A DNA stretch of 64,000 nucleotides from Felis catus (GCF_018350175.1 NC_058368.1:102612001-102676000); one strand, 5' to 3'; counted from the stretch's first letter, positions 49,386-62,443 are shown. Made by a program: numbers and translations. The notes: generated from the letters alone by a model not told the origin.

Positions 49386-50436
49386 CAGAATAAAACGCAG
49401 AATCAAACAGGTAAAGAACTCTTATAGGAGTTGAGATGTGCGTGTCAATTCTAATTGAAGGTTTTCAGAACGATGTGATAAAAGGGCAGCGTTGGATTTT
49501 GACCCATTACAACAGAAATGGCCTTTACCCATTTTCAAACTATATCTTGCCTTCTGATGCTGCTATATTGGTTTTCAGCACTTGACGATGACGTCCTCGT
49601 TTTCAGATCCTCGCCAACCTTACTGTGAAACCCAGGTTACCACTCTCTACCCCCGCTCTGTCTCAGGCCCGCTCTTCCTTAATGCCTGCAGCCAGTCAGA
49701 AGGAAGCAGGTATTTAAACCCTGGGCTCTGAAACCCTTCAATAAAGTGATATGTTCAGCGTACGTATTCTTGGGATGAAATTCACTGGGAAAAAGGAAAC
49801 CAAGGTATGATTTTCAGTGACACTCGAGAGGTACGAAAAGTTCCCAAACGTGAGTCGGGCCTCAAAAAATGCTAGTTCATATTCCCACTTCAGCTCAATT
49901 ACTTTCCAAAGCCTACATAGCTGATGAAATAAATACCTACAGGGGGTCACTTAAAACCATAAATGGAACATTAGAAAAGCATCACTGTTGTTTGAAAACC
50001 TTTTGCAGAAGGACAGGTATAATTTTGAATAGACATCAAGGTCAGACACAGAGGCTAACATGCACCTCACTGTGGAGGAGGGAGCTTCAGAAAAAGGCTT
50101 CTGTTGTTCACCTGCCTCTCCCTCCAGGCAAAATCACTCTTACTGTTCTTATTTGGTGCCTTAGGACTATACAGCTGTGATAACCCATGCTGAAAGAGCA
50201 CTTTTTGAGGGGTGCAATGTGAAGAAACGGGGTGGATTCTTGAGGAAGGCATTTGCTGACAAGGTGGCAGGTCTGTCCGTGTAGCCAGGCTCCAAGAGAG
50301 CCCCCACCGATCTTCCCCTTGTGGGAGAACATCCTTCTGTGGTCTCCTCCTACACTGAATCGGAGCTGCTCTGCGCGGCCCCAAACTATGGCACAGGTGA
50401 TGGTTATCTGCTTTCCGAACCTAGCTCGGAAAAGTT

Positions 50437-50618
50437 CGGTTGCCGAATCAAATTCCAGTTAATTTTACATTTCAGATAATCGACAAAAAAACTTTCAGTA
50501 CAAATACACACCAAAGGCTGCCTGTGCCATATTAACACCAAAAAAAATGACTTCCTGCTTGTCTGAAACGCAATTTAACTGTGTGTCCGGGATTTTTCTT
50601 TGCTAAATCTGGCAACGC
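50437..50618. mobile_element. MER53 palindromic hAT MITE
   Basis: ggttgcc...ccagttaattttacatttcagataa...tctgaaacgcaatttaactg...tttgctaaatctggcaac. Confidence 0.8.
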
Positions 50619-50975
50619 CACGAAGAGCGTTTTGGCCTCTACCTTCTTCTCGGGGTTGTTCACCGTGTTGTGTAGGTCGATGCTCAAGCAGCCTGGGGCC
50701 CATGTGAAGGGGAGCTGAGGTCTTCAACCAATGGCCAGTGAGAGAATTTGCCTCACACTTCTCATTTGTTTGATTAGGTTCTTCGTGGCTACCACAGACT
50801 GTGGATTCCACTAGAAGAGTCATGTATGTGTTTGTTCCTCATTGGGTGCCAGTGCCCACTACAGCACAGTGGCAGGTACTTAAACAGCTTTGCTACATGG
50901 TATAAAACAGGCTCTGACTCTCACTTGTGATATCTGTAAAATGGAATACCAGTGAAATCCACCATATAGATAGGG

Positions 50976-52922
50976 AACGATCCCATTTACAAGTGCATCA
51001 CAAGGACTAAAATAGTTAGGAATAAATGTAACCAAGGAGGCAAAAGACCTGTACTCTGAAAACTATGAGACAATGATGAAGGAAACTGAAGACGATACAA
51101 ATACATGGAAAGATAGACTGGGACCGCGGGTTGGGAGAATTAATATTGGTCAAATGTTCATACTACTCAAAATGATCTACAGATTCAATGCAATCCCTAT
51201 CAAAATACCCACGGTAGTTTTCACAGAACTGAAACAAATAATCATAAAATTTGTACGGAACTACAAAAGATCCTGAAGAGCCACTGCAGTCTTAAGAAAG
51301 AAGGGTAAATCTTGAGGTTTCAAGCTCCCAGACTTCACACTATACTACAAAGCTATAGTAATCAAAACAGTATGGTATTGGCACAAAAACAGACACAGAG
51401 ATCAATGGAACAGAACAGAGAACCCAGAAATGAACCCACAATTATATGGTCAATTAATCTATGACAAAAGACGCAATAATATGCAAAGGAAAAAAGTCAG
51501 TATCTTCAATAAATGGTATTGGGAGAATTGGGCAGACACATGCAAAAGAATAAAACTGGACCACCTTCTTATACCATATACAAAAATAAACTCAAAATGA
51601 ATGAAAGACCTAAATACAGGGTGTGAAACCATAAGACTCCTAAAAGAAAGAACAGACAGTAAACTCTTGTACATCAAACTAAAAAGCTTTTGTAATAAAG
51701 GAAACCATCAGCAAAACACCAAAGCAACCTACTGAATGGAAGAAAATATTTGCAAATGATAGACCTGATAAGGGGTTAGTATCCAAAATATATAAAGAAC
51801 TCATACAACTCAACACCAAAAAAACAACCAATCTGACTAAAAAATGGGCAGAGGACCTGAATAAACATTTTTCCAAAGAAGACATACAGATGGCCAACAG
51901 ACATAAAAAGATGCTCAACATCACTCATCATCAGGAAAATGTAAATAGAAACCATAATGAGATACCAATCACACCTGTCAGAATGTCTAGTACCAAACAG
52001 ACAAGAAACAAGTGCTGGCAAGAATGTGGAGAAAAGAGAACCCTCACGCAGTATTGACGGGAATATAAATGGGTGCGGCCAATGTGAAAAACAGTATGGA
52101 GTTTCCTCAAAAAATTAAAAATAGAAATATACGATCCAGCAATTCTACTTCTGGATATTTATCCAAAGAAAACAAGGGCGCCTGGGTGGCTCAGTCGGTT
52201 GAGCGTCCGACTTCGGCTCAGGTCACGATCTCACGGTCCTAGTTCGAGCCCCGCGTCGGGCTCTGGGCTGATGGCTCGGGGCCTGGAGCCTGCTTCCGAT
52301 TCTGTGTCTCCCTCTCTCTCTGCCCCTCCCCCGTTCACGCTGTGTCTCTCTCTGTCTCAAAAATAAATAAATGTTAACAAAAAAAATTAAAAAAAGAAAA
52401 CAAAAACATGGCTGATTTGAAAATAGGTATGTACCCCTCTGTTCTTTGCAGCATTATTTACAACAGCTAAGATATGGAAGCATATAGACACAAACACACG
52501 CACACATAAACATACAGTGGAATATCACTCAGCCATAAAAAAGAACAAAATCTTGCCATTTGCAACAACATGGATGGATCTAGAAGGCATAATGCTAAGC
52601 GAAATAAGTCAGTAAGAGAAAGATGAATACCATATGATTTCACTCATATGTGGAAGTTAAGAAACAAAACAAAACAAAACAAACGACCAAATGGAGAAAA
52701 GACACAACCAAAAAAAAAATAGACTCTTAAATACAGAGAACAAACTGATGGTCACCAGGGAGGTGATGGGTGGGAGGATGGGTGAAAAAGGTGTAGGGGA
52801 TTAAGAGTACCTTATCATGATGAGCACTGAGGCATATATAGAATTGTTGAATCATTTTATTGTACACCTGAAACGATTATAACACTGTACATTAATTATG
52901 CTGGAATTAAAATTTAAAAAAA
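50976..52922 (+). mobile_element. 5'-truncated carnivore-type L1: degenerate ORF2 C-terminus plus 3'UTR, with an internal deletion near 51670 and a SINE insertion
   Basis: Frame at 51073 gives [12 protein letters not shown]...GRINI...[12 protein letters not shown] (L1 ORF2 motif); many stops; 3'UTR catgatgagcactg...tgtacacctgaaac and A tail. Confidence 0.93.
52176..52395 (+). mobile_element. CanSINE inside L1
   Basis: TSD aaagaaaacaa. Confidence 0.95.
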
Positions 52923-52923
52923 T

Positions 52924-54059
52924 GTACTGCTCATTGACAATGCACCTGGTAACCCAAAAGCTCTGATGGAGATGTACAATGAGATGAATGTTGTTTTCAT
53001 GCCTGCAAAAACACTACATCCCTTCCGCTGCCCCTGGTTCAAAGATTCATTTCAACTTTCAAGTCTTATTATTCAAGAAATACATTTACTATGGCTCCAG
53101 GTGCCATAGAAAGTGATTTCTCTGATGGATCTGGGCAAAGTAAATAGAAAACCTTCTGGAAAGGACTCACCATTCCAGATGCCATTAAGAACCTTTGTGA
53201 TTTATGGAGAGTGGTCAGAATATCAACTTTCAGAGAAGATTGAAAGAAGTTGATTCCAACCCTCATGGACGGCTTTGAGAGGCTCTACAGTTGAGTGGAG
53301 GAAGTCATTGCAGATGCGGTAGAAATAGCAAGGAGAACTAGAATTAGAAGTGGAGGCTGACGATGTGACTGACTTGCTGTGATCTCATGATCAAAGCTGA
53401 ATTGCCAAGGAATTGCTTTTTCTAGATGGGCAGAGAAAGTGGTTTCTTGAGATGAAAGCTCCTCCTGGTGAAAACGCTTGGAAGATTGCTGAAATGACAA
53501 CAAAGGACTTCGACGATAGCATAAATTTAGCTGATAAAGCACTGGTAGCGTTTGAGAGGATTGACTCCAGTTTTGAAACAAGTAGCACTGTGGGTAAAAT
53601 GCTGTCGAACAACATGGTAGGCTTCAGTGAAATCATTCATGAATGGAAGAGTCCACTGATTTCACAAACGTCAATGTTATCTTAAGACAACCATACATTT
53701 TTGTTGCTTGAAGAACTTGCCACAGCCACCCAGCCTTCAACAACCACCACCTTGATCAGTCACAAACCATCAATGTCCAGGCAAGACCCTCTACCAGCAA
53801 CCGGAAGATGACCGGCTGAAAGCTGAGATGATGGTTAGCAGTTTTTAGCAATGAAATTATTTAAGTTAAGAATTTAATTTAACCTGTTTTTTTTTTTTTT
53901 AGACATAATGCTATTACGCATATGATGTATTACAGTATAGTGTGAACACAAGTTTTATCTGCATTGGGAAACCGAAACCTTCTTGACTTGCTTTATTGTG
54001 GTATTTGCTTTATTACAGTGGTCTGGGCCTGAACTCACTGTACCTTCAAGGTATGCCTG
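52924..54059 (+). mobile_element. Tigger1 (pogo/Tc1-mariner) 3' half, dead transposase
   Basis: Translates VLLIDNAPGNPKALMEMYNEMNVVFMPA and DKALVAFERIDSSFETSSTVGKMLSN; ends in TIR ...aggtatgcctg followed by TA (54060-54061). Confidence 0.92.
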
Positions 54060-54061
54060 TA

Positions 54062-54150
54062 CTGAGCCCCATCTCCCTGAGTTTCTGATTCTGTAGGTAT
54101 GGGTATGGTCAGATCATGCTGATGCTCCTAATTTTGAGACTGAGCCACTG
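54062..54150. mobile_element. MER5-like fragment (one half only)
   Basis: gagtttctgattctgtaggtatggg...atgctgatgct...tttgaga...ccactg. Confidence 0.55.
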
Positions 54151-54624
54151 TTTGGGCTTAATGCTTTGAATGGCTGTGGCCATGCTGGGAAAGTGCCTCC
54201 TCACTGCTGCTTATAAATGATTTGTGTTGGCTGGGCACAGACCTCAGCCCAGGCAGGCTTGTCAAGAGTGTGAAGTCTGAAATCTCTTAACATTCAGTAG
54301 GCACAGAAGTCTCTGATTTATTTCTGATTATAATCAATACCTCTAGATCGAGGGATGCTCTTAGCCTGTGGGAAGTTTCAAATAGAAAGAAAGCAGCCTC
54401 TGTATTAAATTCAAAGGTGAGCTCTGTTTAACTACTATTGTTTTTGCTGGTTCCTGGACTCTGATCTCAGTGTAAGTCCATGTATTCAGCTGAAGACCAT
54501 GTGATACCCCAATGTGGGTGGGAAATTCATAGTAAATAGTCGGTAAATATTGCTGCAGCTGGTCAGAAGCAAACATCTTTTTGTTCTACTAATTGGCACA
54601 GGTTTAAAACATTAAACAGTTTCT

Positions 54625-54841
54625 TAAAAAAATTTTTTTTTAAGTTTATTTTTGAGAGAGAGAGAGACACAGAGTATGAGTGGGCAAGGGGTAGAGAGAG
54701 AAGGAGACACAGAATCTAAAGCAGGCCCCAGTCTCCAAGCTGTCAGCATAGAGCCCGATGCAGGGCTTGAACTCAAGAACCCCAAGGTCATGACCTGAGC
54801 CAAAGCCAGATGCTTAACCGACTGAGCCACCCAGGTGCCCC
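54625..54841 (-). mobile_element. CanSINE
   Basis: 17-bp TSD aacattaaacagtttct at 54608-54624 and 54842-54858. Confidence 0.96.
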
Positions 54842-54914
54842 AACATTAAACAGTTTCTCAAAGCTTTCCCTGTCATGAATTCCCTTCCAAGACACAATCT
54901 CAACTCCAAAGCAG

Positions 54915-55260
54915 TGTAGGGGAAGAAAATTTTTCCTCTACTTTCTTAGATTCTTTTTATGGGGCCTGCGAATTAAAATGACAAAGACAGATTAGTAGGA
55001 GAAAGGTCATATGAGTTTTATGAACATTTTTACATGAATGGAGGCTTCACAGAAAACAAGCAAAAATCCAAAGAGTTGGTTGGACCCGGTGGCTTATATA
55101 CCATTTTAACACAAAAGAGACTACATTGTGAAGAAATGTCTACACATAGGAGAAGGGGGGTGGGGTCATCTGGACTTGGGGGCAGTGAATGTGTGAATAG
55201 CAAACGAATGGTAGCTAAGGGTTGTTCAGGAAGATTTGTTATGTAGACTCAAGTTGTTTC
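54915..55260 (-). mobile_element. ERV1 LTR fragment (MER34/CarLTR-like)
   Basis: gggaagaaaatttttcctctac...ggggcctgcgaattaaaatgacaaagacagatt...ggcttatataccattttaac...agatttgttatgtagac. Confidence 0.65.
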
Positions 55261-56619
55261 CACTGATAAAGTTAGAAAGTTTTCATTTAAACGCATTATA
55301 AATAACCATCTTTCAATTATTAATGTGATAAAGCTTTTTCCGTTGTATATGGCCAACACCTCAAAATCTTGTTAATTTCACCCCTGGTAATTTACACATC
55401 CATCAGTCAATCGCTGAAACAGCATTTACGGAGCATTATCCCTGTGCCATTGAATGTGGACATACTGATTATCTAATAGCACCCATTTAACCTCAATTAC
55501 AGTGGGCTTTAGTAAATACTTTTTATGGCCCCTAACTTTAACATTTTATGTATCCTGGCTTTAAAAATGCAAACCTAGTTTTTAAGGTACCAACTGATGT
55601 AAATTTCACTTGACTTCCATCATTTCTTCAAGAAGTGAGCCTGAAAAATGAAACTCTTTGTTCTTAGAAATTAACGTTTGAACAATTACCATCTTACACG
55701 TGGGAAACCAAAAATGTATCTGATGAAAGTAAAGAAAAATCGAAATTACAATCTACGGCTTATGAAAATGACTTTGTTTATGAAATGAACTTTAGTAATC
55801 TCCCAGTGAATACAGTAATTTCAGCACATTTTGCATTAAGAATGAATCATAGTAAGAATTTTCTATTGTGACATTGTAAGATTTTAATGGCCATTTGTTT
55901 TAAAGCAAGCCTCTGAAAAGAATTGGTCAAGTGCCAGAAGCTGTTTGTGATGACAAATTGCTCACAAGGAATTGCTTTGAAAGAAAACACTATTTTTTGT
56001 TTTTGAAACAAATTTGTGTAAGTACTAGACATATTCCACTATCTGTAAATCATCTTCCCTGACCATAAACGTAAAAGGCCCAATTTTGTCTCTTCTTGTT
56101 TGTTCCTTTCAGATCTTTCTAAACCCTCTACTTCTATTCTTTGTGGCGACAAAGAGTTGTCATGTATCTTCTTTGCTAGTGAAACATCATTCCTTCGCAT
56201 GTCCTCATTATGCAAACACGCAATGCTTTGTTGATTGGCTTATGCTGTTTAGTTCTTCAAGCTGCTCATAAACATGTGATTTTTACTTCCCTGGGATCCA
56301 CACTGATTTACAGAGATAACCAGTGTTAAAATTGTAATTGCCTGTATTTCAAGGACTGTTATTTATAGTATGATCACATGAAATCAATGAGAATACAAAT
56401 TAATATTGTCCGTTTTCACAAATGAGCACGATCAGTTGCCAATTTTCAAAGAGCCAAACATGTGTCTTCATTTGATGGAACGGTTCCACAGTTATTTTTA
56501 TGGATTCAAAGGAAAGCAGGGAACTTGGGGAAGGAGAGATTATTTCTTTTTGAGGGCCTTCACTTTGCTTCTGATTTGGTTGCCTTAATCATGTTTGACC
56601 CATAAACTTGGACCACCTC

Positions 56620-56848
56620 CAGGGCCAGATCCGTGCTATGCAGGATTTGATGATTTCACAAATTGGAGGGCCCTCTTTAGGAAAAAAAGTTTTAAAAATT
56701 ATTTTATTTACGCAGAATTTACAGAAATAGGTGACCACTTGAACTCAATCTTAGGGCTCGTTACCCAGCTGCCCAAGGGGCCCATTCCAGGTGCAAGTTC
56801 TAGGCCCGAAGATGAACCTTTGTTACTGTCACAGTAAACCTGTCCCTG
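56620..56848. mobile_element. hAT-Tip100 (Zaphod/MER115-like) non-autonomous element
   Basis: caggg...atcc...aaattggagggccctctttag at one end; gtgcaag...ggcccgaag...cacagtaaacctgtccctg at the other. Confidence 0.55.
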
Positions 56849-57055
56849 GGCTTATACGCACATCACAACTGGAACATGAAGCTGTGATAACCTACCCATC
56901 AGAAGCACAGTGTGAGTGATTTGTCTATGATTTATGGAAATCAATTTTATTATTTAGTCATGTCATGTAGAGAAAGCACTGGGGGAGAAATCCATATTGA
57001 TAGATTGGTAAAAGGATCTTAGCACACGGCAGAGCGCTTTGTGGGATCACCACAT

Positions 57056-57236
57056 GAGAGAGAGAGTGCGAGCGAGCAGAAGTAGGGGAGGGGCAGAGAG
57101 AGGGAGACAGAGGACCTGAAGCAGGCTCCGCGATGTCAGCACAGAGCCTGATGTGGGGCTTGAACCCATGAACCGTGAGATCATAACCTGAGATGAAATC
57201 AAGAGTCAGATGCTTAAATGAGCCACCAGGCGCCCC
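57056..57236 (-). mobile_element. CanSINE lacking its A tail
   Basis: (GA)n through gagccaccaggcgcccc; no T run at the left end. Confidence 0.88.
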
Positions 57237-57720
57237 CCCCCCCCATTATTAGGGTAATTAAAGGAGAAATTAAAAAGCAGTTAATGTTTAGTTTTCTCAT
57301 ATAAAACTAGTCTAAGGTCTTCAAACTTATTGGCTGTATTACACAACAAACAATTCAATCACCTTTATGGACATATAAGTAGTAATATAAGGTAGTCTAC
57401 ACCATGGGCAAATACACAGCAGAGAAAAATCAACGCTGCCCTATCAGAATTGGAGAAATGCTTAAGTCCTATGGAACTCGGAGAGTTCACAGAAACAATG
57501 GGATTGTTTTACAGCAAGAAAAAGGATGTGTTTTAAGCAGGAGAAGCTATTCCAATAGAGATGGGGGCATCAATTTGGGGCATAGCGGAGGGAAGAGTTT
57601 CAGCCAAAGAGGTTCCTGCGAAGGAGACTCATGGATAGCCATTTGAAGAGGCAGACGAAGACCACATTATTATAAGAAAAAGTCTTGAAGGTCGTACCAA
57701 AAAAATCTAAATTTTAATGT

Positions 57721-57898
57721 CATTGGTCCTCAAAGCTTAGTCTCCAGACCCAGCATCAACCCTACCCCAGAACTGGTTATACATATACGCTGTGAGGCCT
57801 CATTCCAGTCCTCCTGGATCTGAAACTCTGGGCTGGGGCTCAGTAATCTGTTGTGACAAGCTCTGTAGGAGATTCTGATGCTCACTGGAGGACCAGTG
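57721..57898. mobile_element. MER5A-like element within L2-like sequence
   Basis: cattggtcctcaaag...gaaactctgggctggggctcagtaatctg...gattctgatgc...accagtg. Confidence 0.7.
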
Positions 57899-58434
57899 TT
57901 CTACGTTACAGTCAGCCACAGAAGATTTCCAAAAAGAAAGGAATGCTCTAAAGTGGCGGTTCTGGAAGATTAAGCTGGCAACTATGGGTTAGACAGATTG
58001 GATAGAGAAGGGATGGAAGGCAGGAAAGTCTATTTTTTCAACCTAATGTCTCAATCAGCATAATATATATGAATTATGATGCCTGCTGCTGAATTCCAAA
58101 GCTGTTCTTTGTCAGGGTGTTAGCATCTTCATTTCACGCTACAGTGTATTAGACGGTGGCAATATACTTAGTGAGTCTGCTTTAAGTTTTTTAACGATCA
58201 ATTAAATGCTTTCATTTTATTAAAGTGAATGCTAATTTAACGACTTGTAGCCAGTAAAAATTCAGCAACCTTGTAAATACACACTGGCCAGGTCGAGGAC
58301 CATTTTTTTTTAAGAATGAATCTTGGTGTGTTAAAGGAGCCTTAAAAGAGACACTCCCTCCGAGACACAATAACTTCAAAAAAATATATATGTGAATTTG
58401 TAGTCATGCAGGTTATTTAAGAGAGAGAGAGGAT

Positions 58435-58635
58435 GGGTGGCCTGGGTGGCTCCGTGGGTTAAGCGTCTGACTCTCCATTTTGGGTCAGATCATGGTCTCA
58501 GGGTCATAAGATCAAGCCACCCACTGGGCTCTGCCCTGACAGTGGGGAGCCTGCTTGGGATGCTCTCCCTTCCCCTCTGACCCCGTCCCATGTGTGCGCG
58601 TGCACGCTTTCTCTCTCCAAATAAACTTTGAAAAC
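58435..58635 (+). mobile_element. CanSINE (older)
   Basis: gcctgggtggctccgtgggttaagcgtctgactc...gcctgcttggga. Confidence 0.88.
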
Positions 58636-59744
58636 ACAGAGAGAGAAAGGAAGAGGGCGGAGGAGGGGAATGAAGAGGAGGGACAGCATGGTATTCTGAG
58701 CCGTAGACGTGAGGGAGGAGAAGAGTATGTATAGAAAGGGAAGAAGAAAAAGAAAGGGGAGAAAAGCACCATGACGGTATAAAATAATGCGCCTCAAAAG
58801 TCAGTCCAATCTGTCAGTGGTTAGGTCTCAGTGAATCAGCAGGGCAGGGAAGCAGTGGGGCTCTAAGCACTTGGTCATGAGTCCCACCTATGACAGCCTA
58901 GCTGTAAAGAACTTACGCTCCTGTGCCTCGGGGCAAAAGAAAAAAAAAATGACTGTAATGCTGCTGGACGGCTGCCCTTTAAGTGTTTTCTTAAGTTTGA
59001 AATCTTGGCACTTTTTTATATACCCATCCATAAAAACCCTGCTGTGTGAGAAACACGCAGAAAATGTGCTTATGGAACCCCATGTGTGAAGCGAGATTGT
59101 TTACATAAGGCTTACACAATTTGAGAATAACGCAATTTGACAGAAGAGACAGGTTGATGAAATGTCTGTGGTGTCTTTCTTTTTTTTTTTTTTTTTTTTT
59201 GCATAGAGTTGAGCGGGTAGAATATAACCATGGGAAAGCCGAGAGCTGGCCCCGATTTCTGGCTCTGGCACTGACCTCCTGTATGATTCAGGACAAGAGA
59301 CATGGCTTCAACCCCACACTCATTACGGAGCAGGACCTGGGGGCAGAGGGGTGCGTGGGTTTGTACAGGGCTCAGGCATTCTTATTTTTCACCAGGTTAG
59401 AAGGTTGTTCGGTTGACGTCTAAGCCACATGTGCCACTGCGCGTCTCCCCGCAGATCAGGCTGTGAAAAGAGAGCTTTTCATCAAGACCAAACCTCGAAT
59501 ACCGTTAATGCTCGAACAGCTTCGGACAGCTGGTCACGGGAGCAGGGGAAAGGCCTGGGAGAGTGTGATAAGTAAGGTTTGGAAATTGGTCGGAACCTGG
59601 CATAAGTGCCCCAAAGCATTAGGCAAGCTGCAAGGAAGGTGGCTCCGGGAGCCACCGAAGAGGCACAGAATCAGATCACATTATGGGGGTTCCGTGTAAA
59701 ATCAAAGCGTGGGGCAGTCAGGGACCAGATGCTAGGGTAGGGAA

Positions 59745-59910
59745 TAGTAATACTCACTAACGTGTACCCAGAGCTCACCGTGCGATCTTAGCACTTTGGA
59801 GGAATTACGTCATTGATCCTTAAAAACCTCCTAAGGGGTGGTAGATGCCTATCACGCCCATTTTACAGATGAAAGGACTGAGGCTCACAGAGGTTAAGAT
59901 GACATCACTA
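59745..59910 (-). mobile_element. MIR
   Basis: cccattttacagatgaaaggactgaggctcacagaggttaag core. Confidence 0.75.
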
Positions 59911-60794
59911 GGCAGCCACTCAGAGTCTGGGCATGCTTGAATTTCACAGGAGTAGAAAAAAAATGGAGGTGGTAGGATGTGTATAGATCAGAAATAATGT
60001 CCCAGTCACAGAATGGAAAGGCTTACAGCAGAGCCAACGGCCCCCACCCCGTGCCCCAGAAAGCGGCTGCATGAACCTGTTCTACTCTTCCCAGCCCATT
60101 CCGATGTCTGCATGCTCAGCCAGCCCCCAGGACTCGCCATCAGTGGCCTCTGGGCAAGGACAGGAGAGTGGGCTTGGTCGTATTACAAAACCACGGCTTC
60201 AACTAACAACCTCTGTGTTTACTTAATAGAAACGTTGTGCAATTATGTAGCTCCTACCGACCACGGAGTCATCCAAACTGGGTAATTCAACTCTCAGACA
60301 CGGACCACTCACCGTGGGAAGGGGCGAGGACGTTCACGGCACAATTCAGAGGAAAACCTTCACTCTCGCATGCACGCAACTCTGAGCGAAATGCAATGGG
60401 CAGATAACATACTTGTTGGGATTCTTTTGGCTAAACCGTATTTAAGGAGAGCACATCGGTGGACAATTTTGAAAAATAACACTAGAGCACTCTGCCAATT
60501 CTCACAACACTTAACAGTGATATTACAAGTAAATACGCTTCACTTTCCAGAAAGAATATGACCTGCGAGGATTATGCCTTGGGCACTCATTTTTCTGTTG
60601 AGCGGTTTCTTTGGAGCAATGACAGTTGCTTTTCAGATGAATGTCCCGTTAGTTTCCTGTTCCCTCCACGTGAGAGAAGAAATTTCAGAGCTTCACAAGT
60701 GAACTTTAAAAAAAAAAAATCCTCAAACTTTGGATCAATCATGAACCATCACATAAGCTTTGGGGAGCAGAACTCCTGAATTGGCTAGAGCCAT

Positions 60795-60960
60795 TGAATC
60801 ATGGAATTATAGAAGTGGAATCACATACTTAGAGGTTTTTATTTTACAGATGAGGAACTAGACCTCATATGTGTCTCAAAAGCTCACAAAGCTGGGAAGT
60901 CACTAAGATGAGTCTATTCTCTCCACTGTCCTCTGCTCTCTTGCTGTGCTAACCACTAGA
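60795..60960 (-). mobile_element. MIR (MIR3-like) fragment
   Basis: attttacagatgaggaactagac core. Confidence 0.55.
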
Positions 60961-61073
60961 ATGAAAATTTTTTGCAAATGTTTCTGGCAGTGTCTCCCCC
61001 CCCCCCCGGCCCCCGCCCCACACAGATGAAACAAACGTCACTATTCCACTTTACTATTTAAAGATACATGGAA

Positions 61074-61295
61074 GGGGCGCCTGGGTGGCTCAATCACTTA
61101 AGCACCTGACTCTTGATTTAGGCTCAGGTCATGATCTCACAGTTTATGAGTTCAAGCCCCGCATCGGGCTCTGCGCTGACAACTCAGAGCCTGCTTCGGA
61201 TTCTCTCTCTCCTCCTCTCTCTGTCCCTCCCCGGTTTGCGCGTGTGCGTGGGCACGCGCTCTCTCTCTTTCAAAAAAATAAACTTAAAAAAAAAA
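61074..61295 (+). mobile_element. CanSINE
   Basis: TSD aa(g/a)atacatgg. Confidence 0.93.
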
Positions 61296-61305
61296 TACAT
61301 GGGAA

Positions 61306-61950
61306 ACAAGAGAATTGCAGGCAAGGACTTGAAGAGATACTCGGAGACCCATGTTCATAGCAGCATTGTTCACAACACCCAAAGCTGAAAATGTCCATAG
61401 ATGGGTGAGGGATAAACAAATGTGGTCCGCACATGTGGTGGAATATTACTCAGCATAAAAAGGAAGGAAACCCTACCGCATGCTATGACAGGAATGAACT
61501 TTGAGGACATTACGTTAGATGGAAGAAGCCAGGCGCAAAAGGATGAACGCTGTCTGATTCAACTCGCGCGAGGTTCCGAAAGGAACAGGTTCCCAGAGAC
61601 ACAAAGTAAGCCTGGAATACCAGTAAAGTAAGCCCCTGGAATACCAGGGGCTGGGGGGAAGAGAGAATGGGGAGTTACTGGTTACCGGGCACAGAGTCAC
61701 AGCGGGAGAAGATGTAGTCCTAGCGGTAGATCGTGGTGAGGGTTGCAAATCCATGTGAACGTATTAAGGCTACTGAATTATACACTTAGAAATGGTTAAC
61801 ACGGTGGGGGTGCCTGGGTGGCTCAGTCACTTGAACGGCCGACTCTTGATTTCGGCTCAGGTTATGATCCCAGTGTTGTGGGATCGAGCCTCACGATGAG
61901 CTCCACTCTGAGCACGGAGCCTGCCTAAGATTCCACCCCCCCCCCCCACG

Positions 61951-61982
<32 letters not shown>

Positions 61983-62112
61983 TGCCCCCTCTCCTGCTCT
62001 CACTCTCATTCTCTCTCTCTCAAAAAAAAAAAAAAAGAAAGAAAAGGTTAAGATGGTAAATTTTACATTGTGCATGTTTTGCCCCAATTCAAAATAATTT
62101 ACATAAAAACTA
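61306..62112 (+). mobile_element. L1 (L1MB-like) 3' end, interrupted by a CanSINE
   Basis: cccatgttcatagcagcattgttcacaa...ggataaacaaatgtggt...gaactttgaggacattacg...tacacttagaaatggttaa...atggtaaatttta. Confidence 0.88.
61808..62040 (+). mobile_element. CanSINE inside L1
   Basis: ggggtgcctgggtggctcag...(CT)n and A tail. Confidence 0.92.
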
Positions 62113-62212
62113 AAAAATACATGGAAAAAAGGAGTTATCTTTGCTCTGTGTGAAAAGACGGACCAGGCTCTTATGATCGCGCCATTGTTTCATCCTTTAA
62201 AAAACTCTGCTT

Positions 62213-62443
62213 GGGGCGCCTGGGTGGCTCAGTCGGTTAAGCGTCCGACTTCGGCTCAGGTCATGATCTCACAGTTCGTGAGTTCGAGCCCCGCATCGGG
62301 CTCTGTGCTGACAGCTCAGAGCCTGGAGCCTGTTTCAGATTCTGTGTCTCCCTCTCTCTCTGACCCTCCCGCATTCATGCTCTGTCTCTCTCTGTCTCAA
62401 AAATAAATAAACATTAAAAAAAAATAAAAAAATTAAAAATAAA
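62213..62443 (+). mobile_element. CanSINE
   Basis: TSD aaaaactctgctt. Confidence 0.96.

Noticed and set aside
51073..52021. ORFs with L1 ORF2 similarity and antisense hydrophobic ORFs
   Set aside because: Dead 5'-truncated L1 with stops and an internal deletion; the antisense frames are typical L1 artefacts
52924..53685. Possible domesticated TIGD-like transposase gene
   Set aside because: 5' half missing, frameshift right after FMPA and multiple stops: a fossil Tigger1
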